Assembly (NCBI GenBank): GCA_951406725.2
Contig: OX597828.1
Location: 55,862,001-55,926,000, forward strand
Length of the DNA stretch: 64,000 bases
Source: Octopus vulgaris
Lineage: Eukaryota
Reading direction: 5' to 3'
How positions within the stretch are numbered: position 1 is the first letter of the stretch; each line of letters begins with the position of its first letter. Position numbers and translations under genes: made by a program. The notes under the pieces are model-generated. The model did no database searches. It saw only the letters and a list, made by a program, of their open reading frames with translations, and was not told the DNA's origin. Of the stretch, positions 53,899 to 64,000 are shown one piece after another.

Positions 53899-54437
53899 AT
53901 AAGGAAAATACAACAAGTGAGAAAATGCTAAAATAATTTTATCATGAAGAACATTTCGGTACCGGTTTCTGCAAAGCATGAAAATTAATTAAATTGTGGA
54001 AAATTTAAATGAAATGCTTTTAAAAATATTTCCATAGTTTTCAAATGAAAGGGACATTTTCCTCTTTTCTGCCTATCTCTGTCTCTCTTTTTTATTCATG
54101 TGTGTTCTAGGTAGTGGGCAATAGGTAGCCGTAGTCATGATATTTTTCAAAAACAAGAATTCATATCAAATAATAGGACTACTACTACCTGCTGCCCACG
54201 AATTAAAACACACATGAGTAAAAATGAGGGACAGATACAGAAAGAAAAAAGGAAAATGTACTTTCTATTTAGAAACAATGGAAATATTTTAAAATAACAT
54301 TTCATTCAATTGTCCCACAATGTAATTGTTTTTCATGCTTTACTCTAAGTTGAAAAAGTTGCAAAGGCTGAAACCGGTACTAAAATGTTCTTCCTAAAAT
54401 TATTTTGGTATTCTCTCACTTCTCCAATTTCCCTTAT
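53899..54437. repeat. Long imperfect inverted repeat (~240-260-bp arms) near (TA)n
   Basis: 53899-54136 versus 54177-54437; hammerhead-like motif at 54346-54381 in the right arm. Confidence 0.85.
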
Positions 54438-54464
54438 ACATATCAAATGGTATGTTCCTTTTCA

Positions 54465-54512
<48 letters not shown>

Positions 54513-54620
54513 CTAGTATGTATTTGAGTATATATGTATATATATATTAATATTTATATACATATATGTATACATAGACATAAATACATATCTGTGTATA
54601 TATATATATGCGTGTGTGTG

Positions 54621-54660
<40 letters not shown>

Positions 54661-55177
54661 AATCGCATGCGCATAATATAATGACATAACTATAATCTTT
54701 CTTTTTTGGATTATCCTGAGGCATTTAACAGTGTGGCTATTGTTCACATGTTAACGTCTAACTGAAAATATTCGCAATAGAAAGATCATTATCACGACAA
54801 TTCCAATGCAGTATCTGAACTCAACGACCCATATTATCTTGGGGATAAACAACGAATTTTTCTGTTGAGGCTTACTTTGTGCCATCTTGCACTACTTTAG
54901 CCCTCTGTAATTCAATGTTTGTCTCTACTAAATTGATTATTTATATGCATGGTTTACATAGCTTATACATATATATATATTATGGGGTAATATATTAAAT
55001 TTTGCCTCTCCGCTTCAGAATTTGCCAAATTGGTTTTTCCTTCAGATTTTACAAGCCATTTAGATGAATACGGAGCAAAGGTTTAATTCATGTTCACCCC
55101 TTATTTCCAACGACTATCTTCGTAATGTACTGTATACAATCGAGAAAAACATATTGATGTCGTTGTTGTTGTAACCG

Positions 55178-55238
<61 letters not shown>

Positions 55239-55612
55239 AATTTCTTGATTTATATTCTGTTTCAAAAGACAATTTTGTTTTAAGTTTGATATGCACTGGT
55301 CCAAAGTAGCATAAAAATCAAGATACGCAAGGCACACAATGATAAATCACTTCACAAACATAGACCACGTTTACATGTATGTATATTTGCATACATGTGT
55401 TTATATATATATATATATATATGTATATATGCATACGTATGCACGTTCATAGAAAAGCGTGTAGACTTCACCCCAAAATACAGAACCAATTTCAGCGATC
55501 TCATACAGAGGCACAAGCCTTTACTTATCATTGTTCTTAGCTAGCTCAATGTGCTGGACATGACTCAGATTTATGAAGTCTTTGAAGGATGCATATTTAT
55601 GTGAGGCATTTT

Positions 55613-55649
<37 letters not shown>

Positions 55650-55654
55650 CCTAT

Positions 55655-55713
<59 letters not shown>

Positions 55714-56208
55714 CGTGTATGTGTGTGTGTTCTTAAACATAAGTATGTCCCGCTGTACGAATATATCTGTATGTATATATGTGTGTGTGTATAAGTATGT
55801 ATGAATATATCACCAGGTTATCGGATATTATGATACCCTGCTTTCTCAATGCGTTACTAGCAACGCATATCATGGCAAAATCGTCACACTCCATTGAACA
55901 GGGCATCCCGAAGTTATTAAGCAGCAATAGACCTTTAAATATAAATGTTTTCAAATGTCAATATTTTTGCAGTAGATATATCACTTCCTTCTGAGCGGAA
56001 TCGATTCCAAAGTTATGTTCATCTTAATAAACACTTATTCATTAAGCCTGTAAAATATTTGAAATTATTGAATTATTTGAATACAGAATATTCTCAAAAA
56101 CTTACAAAGATGTCAATAGCTTTCGAAATTAGAGATGATATTTAAATTCTAATGCATATAATTAGAGTTAATGTATTAATGCTTGTATATAAACACGCGT
56201 AGAGAAGC

Positions 56209-56266
<58 letters not shown>

Positions 56267-56388
56267 GGAAGCAATCACAATTGAACATACACAAGCGTAT
56301 ATGTATGTGTGCGTGTCTGTAAATGTAGGCTCTATTCATATATAAATGTAGGGATATGCATATATATATATATATCATGTATGTGTTG

Positions 56389-56440
<52 letters not shown>

Positions 56441-56583
56441 TATATATATATAAACATATATATATTTTATCTGCATTATTTAATATACATATATATATAT
56501 GTATATATTATATGAATATGTATACATATATATAGACATATGCATATATATATGTGTATGTATGTATGTATATATATATATAT

Positions 56584-56645
56584 GTGCTCCAGCATGGCCG
56601 CAGTCAAATGACTGAAACAAGTAAAAGAGTAAAAGAGTAAAAGAC
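56584..56645 (+). mobile_element. Family-C SINE tail fragment
   Basis: gtgctccagcatggccgcagtcaaatgactgaaacaagtaaaagagtaaaagag. Confidence 0.8.
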
Positions 56646-59021
56646 ATATATATATATACATATATATATACATATATATATATACACATATATATATATA
56701 TATACATGTATGTATGCATGTATGTAGAATTTTGAAAGGGATACGCTTGTGCGAGTTCGTACATGCCCATCTGTTTATGCATTTTGTTTTTTTTATACGA
56801 ATATCATTGTGATATTTTCGTTTGTGTGTAAGACCTCTAAACTTTTTTTTTATTTAAGGAACATTGTTTTAAAATCTGTTCCCAACATCAGGCTAGCAAC
56901 AATTATTGTATACTTAGCAAACTTTAAATCCTCCCACTCTATTAGTGTGTCGGCAAATTATGATTTTGATATTACTTCCATTTATTGTCTTTTGACCATC
57001 GTATTTGTGCTTTGGATTTCCAGCGGATGGCAGCGCTGCAAGTAGAAAAGCTATTACTATCACAAAGAAAATCAAGTGGTGATGTTGATTTTAATACTAA
57101 TAATAACAATAATGATGACGATGTTAAGGATTTTGAATAAGATGATGGTGAAAAATGATAGTAATGTTTTTCTATTGCTACCATCAGCCATTCAATCGTA
57201 TAAAAATATCAGATGCTGTAGTAAAACAAAATATGTAGATATAATACAATGAAAATTGTATAAATCCGGAGCTCGAAGTTGTTTTCGAATTCATTAAATG
57301 ATCAAACAATATTTAATTATGTGCAATGATGACAAATATATTAGATCATTATTAAAAATATATGTGACAAAGATATACTTCAACAACAAAAATATAAAGC
57401 AACTAAAATAGGAAAATGAGAAGGCCAGAGCACCGTGTTCAGATGGGAAGTTACTGTTTATTTTGGGTGAGGAAATTGTCAGTTGGATGTCATTTAAGCT
57501 CTGGCACATTTCCGTCATTTCATTTTACATATCATTGTCATTAATACACACCACGACACAAGTTCTCTTTCAGTGCAACGTTGCTTATTTGCAAGGATAT
57601 ATATCTCATGTCATTTCGCAGTGTGCAATTCACAGAACATCTTTTGCTGTGAATATCTGCTTCCTAATTATCTTCTCTTGTTTTGCCCCGCTTCCACTAG
57701 AATATTCTACCACTGGTCCTCCTTCTCTTGTATCACACCGTTGCACCATAACGTGCAGGTACTCCTGTAAAGTATAGAGTCTTGGCTATTCGGTCTGGGT
57801 CTTTCTGGTCGTTGACTTCTTGGCCATATTCCTGAATATTTTTCATTTGTGTCGATTCCTGAGACCGAAGAAGAGCTGAACTTTTGCGCTGTTTCCAGCA
57901 CTATGACTAGTGGTTCCGTAAGAATAGCAGCATCTGAGTTATGTTACACCATTTGCAATTTTTACTGTTGCCCTGGTTTTTATTTCTTCCCCCACATTGA
58001 GGATCAACTAAAGAATCACTCTATGCACTTCAAAGACCAGAAAGAATCGTAATCTCATTGGCTTCTTTTGTTGCACAGTTTTATAAAGCAGAGTTTTTCT
58101 CCCCTAAGAATTTCTATCTGCCATTACTTTTAATCAATGTTGTTCTATAGAAAGTTTGAAAACACTTACCTTATTTTTAAATTCAAGTGGTACAGTTATC
58201 TCTTCAGTTGGTGAAATAAGCAGGATTATGCTATTGCTGCTAATATTATACCATCAGACATGAAGTTTAAACTTTTAACATTGCTGTTGCTGTCTAATAT
58301 AAAATCCTTTGTGGTATTGTGAAATAAGTTTATTTTTCTTAGATGCGTAATTTGTTATCATTTATGTTTGCTTTCAATAAAAATGCATTTGCAATCGTTC
58401 AGATTTCTAGACGGGTACGAAAAAGTATCTTTGAAAGCTTTTCCGTCTACGATTACCAAAGGATTTTTAAAATTTTGAAAATAAGTTATTCCAACCAACA
58501 GATATAACCAATGCAAACTAAATATAGCAATAGTAATGTAGAAGCGTACACCCCACCATATTACATTATACAAGTCACAGAATATGTGTGAGCAAAAAAT
58601 AAATACACCTGATTATCAAACTGAAAATAACAACAACAACAACAATAATAATAATAACAAAAACAACAAAAATAATAATAATGATAGTAAAGATAATCAC
58701 CATCAAATTCTTTTCGTAGATCGATTCCCAATAGCTATGTTTACGAAAACAGGCAGATATGTATATGTGTTTACATGTAAACATGCATGAATATATAAAT
58801 CGGCGTATGAAAGTGTATGCGCGCGTCAGTAAGAGTTCACGTTTGAAATATGAGAGATGAAAATTGTGCAGGTATGTATAAACCGTCCTAGGTTTACTAA
58901 TTTAATTATATCCACGTGTTTGTGTATTAAACCTGCCAGTGCAAGATATTGAAAATTCCAACGATTCGAAAATAAAGTCAACATTATTAAGCACAAACAT
59001 GAAAAATTATGCATGCGTGTT

Positions 59022-59053
<32 letters not shown>

Positions 59054-59323
59054 TGTATGTATGTATGTATGTATGTATGTATGTATGTATGTATGTTTCT
59101 GTTTCGGTGGGTTTGCTAAGTATGTTATTTACATGCAGTGAGTATATACGTTTCTAGGTTAAATAAGCGGTGAATTTCTGTATCTAAAAAGTCCTTTCAA
59201 ATAATTGTTCACTTCAATGGTAATAAGCGTACTGACACACAGTGTAAGCATATATTATCAAAATATGCCTATATTATGTGCGTGAAAATGCTTAACATAC
59301 ATTTAGTGATGTGTCTGCATACA

Positions 59324-59379
<56 letters not shown>

Positions 59380-59386
59380 CATATAT

Positions 59387-59429
<43 letters not shown>

Positions 59430-59680
59430 TGCGTATACACACGCACATATATACATATATATATATATATATATCAAGATTCATTGATGACCCAAAATAT
59501 TTCAGTTATTTGTATATTTGAAAATATGTAAATATGTTACTGCACGATATTCTGAGAAGTGCTACTTTCTTAGAGTAAAGATTCTATTGAAATAGTTTAA
59601 ATATATGTATACCTATATAGAAATGCATATACATACACACAGAAATATACACACACACATATATATATGCATGTATGTAA

Positions 59681-59732
<52 letters not shown>

Positions 59733-59995
59733 TCATTGTTATATATGTGTGTACATATTTATATGCAAGTGTGTTAATCTGTGTGCACGTGTTGTATGAG
59801 TGTATAGCAGAATCTTGCGTATTTGTGATACTGTTGGAATTATATTCAATGCATTGTACAAAATTTGCAGCATATACAATGTAATCGAATCGTCTTTCCT
59901 GGAATCACAATTTGTTATATTGAAGTGGCAACACTCAATGAAATTTATATATTTTTGGGCTACACATCAAAATATACCATATGAAAAGTTATGTT

Positions 59996-60047
<52 letters not shown>

Positions 60048-60105
60048 TATATAACAATTTCATGTATACTTATGTATATATGTATACGTATATATAATAA
60101 TTTTA

Positions 60106-60146
<41 letters not shown>

Positions 60147-60826
60147 GTATATAAATGTAAGCGCTCTTGAAAGCTAAGTTAAGAATTTGTACAGAAAAAT
60201 ATGTAAATAGCTAACTGGATGTTGTGCTGTTCTGAGAAGTGTAGTTTCTTAGCAAAAATTTATAGTAGAAATTTAGATAGTATAGTGGAATAGAATTAAT
60301 AGATAAAACAGTTAAAATCGTTGTCGATATTGCTCGATGTTATTGGAGCCCTTTTCCACATTTTGTTCTCAGAAAGCAACAGGCTCCTTGAGACACTTTT
60401 CTAATTTATTTTACATAAACATGATTTCAACAATATAATTTTTGTCTGAAAGAGAATCGCACGTGTATGTGCGCTAACGTGTGTGTGTGCGCGTTTGTGA
60501 ATGTATGGGTGTGCGTGCATGTGTGTTTGCTTGTGTGTCCGTTCTTGCAGAGTTTCATAGATATATACTCTTGCAAAAATAATCACAAAATCGTCAATTA
60601 ACATATAATGAAAGTGAGAGAGAGAGAGAAAGAGAGAGAGATAGAGAGAGGGAGGGAGAGAAAGACACAGAGTGACGTGTGTAGCTATATATGCATGTTC
60701 AATTCCAGGTATGAAGTTCAAGCGATGCCATATCCATCCCTTAAAATAGTACCCTCTCTGGGTAAGAAATCGCAGTGAAAAAATTTGCCACCTGCATAAT
60801 GACACGGTATATATATATATAAGCAT

Positions 60827-60912
<86 letters not shown>

Positions 60913-63410
60913 ATGTATAATTATATTACTATGTCTATTTGTTAATATCTTTGGTTAGCCTTTCTGTAGCATAGAGCGTGAGGCTACAGTTTTTTTCTGG
61001 ACAGAATGTAAATGTTTTCCAAGAAATCTAATAAATCTCGTGTATTTTGAATCTATTTAGAGATTGAGAGATATCTTTCAATAGGCGGTTTTCCATTTTA
61101 ATAGGCTTCTGAAAAATTAGAGATGTATATATATATATATATATATGGTATATTTAATATGTAATTAATATATTTTGATAGTGTCCATAGATTTCTTCCG
61201 TATAACACCTCGACCATGTTATGTTCCTAACTCGTGAAGAACTATATTTAAATACAATATTTGACATACTCATGTTTAAGGTGAGGCAAGTATAATACGT
61301 ATGGTTTGGTTGGATGCTTTTGAATGAACGTTTGGTGTAATGGCGTCCATTTTTCTCAGAAGCTGCGTTAACAGAAAATAAATGTTTGAACGAAGCTACT
61401 ATTCATTTCATTTCTCACATTTTCCGTTCTGTCTCTTATTTTGTTTGTATATGACTAATTTTGTATTTATCGTTTGATTCATTTTCTTTTTACAAGTACT
61501 GTATATATTTATTATGTTTTATTTTTATATTTCCGTTATTGACCTCTTTTAGTTCGTAATTCATAAATAGAACGTAGAAGAAATAATAGAAAACAAATAA
61601 ACAAATAAAAATAATTGTGTAAACGAAAACAAATTAAAAAATATAAAAAATGAATAAATGAAAATTATAAATTTCTATAAAACTGAACTTGTTTTAATAG
61701 TCAAATTGGAATCCTGGTGTATTTTGTCAAAAACTCAAAACCCACTAAGGACATCCACAGCCCAGATGCAGTGCAGCTACTATAATACTACAACTGGCTA
61801 AATGCTAAATATTAATTGAAAATGAAATATGATAAATGTAAATTGAATACGTGAAACACCACGTGACCTTCCCTCCCTTCTCAAGAACAAGTATCCACAA
61901 CCTTACCTTATCCAAGCACCAATCGTACCAAAATAAAATATAATTGTTGAATCCAATGTGAGAGAATTTTAAAAGAAAAAGAAAATATTAAAAAATACAA
62001 AAATCAAAAAGAAAAAAAGAAGTATATGTGTAAAACTTTAAAATTTGAAAATGAAACCAAAGCTAATTTCGAGAACAATTTAAAAGGAACTGTTTATGTT
62101 TGTGTGAGTGTATGTATATGTATGTATATATGTAATCGTGATATTATGTATGTGGGTGCTTTGTGATTGAATGCATCTATGTGTAGCTCTTAGAAATATT
62201 TACATATGTACATATAATACTGTATAACTGTATGTCACTTTTACCATAACACATACTTGCAAATGCAAGCCTGTCTTCAATAACCTTATAAATGTGTGCA
62301 CATATATGCATACGTGTTTGTTTATTTTACATACCTTGACTTTTCTAGGCGAGTTTAGTACAGACTATCTATTACAAAAATAGTATAAAAAATTGATTAT
62401 GTTTTATATGATGATACAGTGTGGTAGAAAGCAGGAAAAACTAACAAATTATCATTAACTTAACTGAAATAGTGTTGTCCCCGCTTTATTAGACTCCAAG
62501 CCGAAACATGTTTTCTGCAACATCTTACTACCCCACTCATAAAATTCATGCTCGTGCAAGTAATTATATTTAGTTGTTATATTTCCTATTGTGGGCTTTC
62601 AATTCTTAACCGAACGTCTGTTTGTGCTACTGAGGTACATGCAATATTTTGTTTTGCGTTCGTTTTCTGTTGTTTGAAATCTCCATGATGTACTATACTT
62701 GCAGTGCCAATTAGTGCAAATTTTTTTTTATCAACCCAGCTTCAATAAGGTCTCAAATGAATTAACTGCAATAAAATGTATTTTATATGCGTTAAGCTCT
62801 GCTGTTTTGGTTATAAATTCATCTGCATTTTTATATATCCTTTCCAGTGAACATTTTATTAGTAGGGATTCATTCTGTTGTAATCGTCTTGATGGAAATA
62901 TTTTAAAACCATTATTGAATGTGAGTGAGAAAAATCATTGTTATTGAATAAATGACTGCAAGTAATCATTATTGGACTTTAGAAAGCATTTATTTTATAT
63001 ACGTTGGAAAAAAAAATGAGACTGACTGAAATAAATACATTATGATTTTTTACTCTGAATTCTGAGTAGAAACCATAGACAAAATCATGTTGGTTTTACA
63101 CTCGTGCAAGCCAGAAAACGAGATATATTGAAATTTGATAAAAAAAATACATTCCAAAAACATGCATCATCGATTCGGCTGACTCCATCCTTACCAATTG
63201 ATTTGCGAAAAATATCTTTAATTATTATTAATAATTTTCATTAACGTTATCATTAACATTTTACCAAATCCCAGTGTCAATAAACTCGCAAATGAATTAA
63301 TAAAATTTCTTTAATGTGATAGATGAGATGGTTTGTGCATTCTAATTGCTTCCGTTTTCAATTTATCAGCATAAACATTTTTCACTGTGGCCGACAGAAT
63401 TACTAATATG

Positions 63411-63487
<77 letters not shown>

Positions 63488-63494
63488 TATATAC

Positions 63495-63542
<48 letters not shown>

Positions 63543-63867
63543 TATATACATATATATTCATGTATATATATACATATATATATGTATACAGATATGTATA
63601 TATATACACACATATATATGTGTATATATAGGCATCTATCTCTATATATAATATATAAGATATATATGACTCTCTCCCCCTCTCTCTCTCTATATATATA
63701 TATATATATGAGTATATATGTTAAGATATATGCTTCTAATTAATGCTGTTGCTCTGTTAATTATTATTATTACTATTATTATTATTATCATCATCATCAT
63801 CATCATCAACATCTTCATTGCACGTTTTATTCTTAATATATTCATTGTTACTATTATTTTTGTTTAG

Positions 63868-64000
63868 GGAGAGCTGCTAATAACGTTAGCGCGTTGGAAT
63901 AAATTTTTATCGTTATTTCTTCCTGCTCAAACACATTCTGAATTCAGATCACATTGGAATCAACTTTGCTCTTTATCTCTTTGGGACCATTAAAGTTCCA
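63868..64000 (+). mobile_element. Old family-B SINE fragment
   Basis: gagctgctaataacgttagc...ttctgaattcagat...caactttgc. Confidence 0.5.

Noticed and set aside
57893-57940. Degenerate zinc knuckle (CYSYGTTSHSAGNS), minus strand
   Set aside because: Only two of four ligands remain; could be a LINE ORF1 relic but is unsupported without a search.
60958-60990. ctttctgtagcatagagcgtgaggctacag hairpin resembling the 36366 motif
   Set aside because: Lacks the GAAAC half of the core; too short to call.

Overview
AT-rich, microsatellite-saturated eukaryotic DNA. The SINE families and simple repeats suggest an octopus/cephalopod genome (inference). The + strand carries the last 7 coding exons (3885-47381, about 341 aa) of a vesicular glutamate transporter (VGLUT, SLC17A6/7/8-type); the 5' exons lie upstream of the window. 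The introns and 3' flank hold at least three tRNA-derived SINE families (several with clear target-site duplications), an RTE-type LINE remnant, a Tigger/pogo-like MITE and a Helentron-like element. The most notable signal is a set of Penelope-like retroelement (PLE) relics: DKG-domain and GIY-YIG coding remnants, plus short elements embedded in (TA)n tracts that form long hairpins and carry minimal type-I hammerhead-ribozyme-like motifs with palindromic stem III and several core variants (CUGAAGA, CCGAUGA, U3-A8 UUGANAA, CUGUNGAA). Most long ORFs in the supplied track are microsatellite artefacts. All structures were read by eye; no folding or homology search was run.
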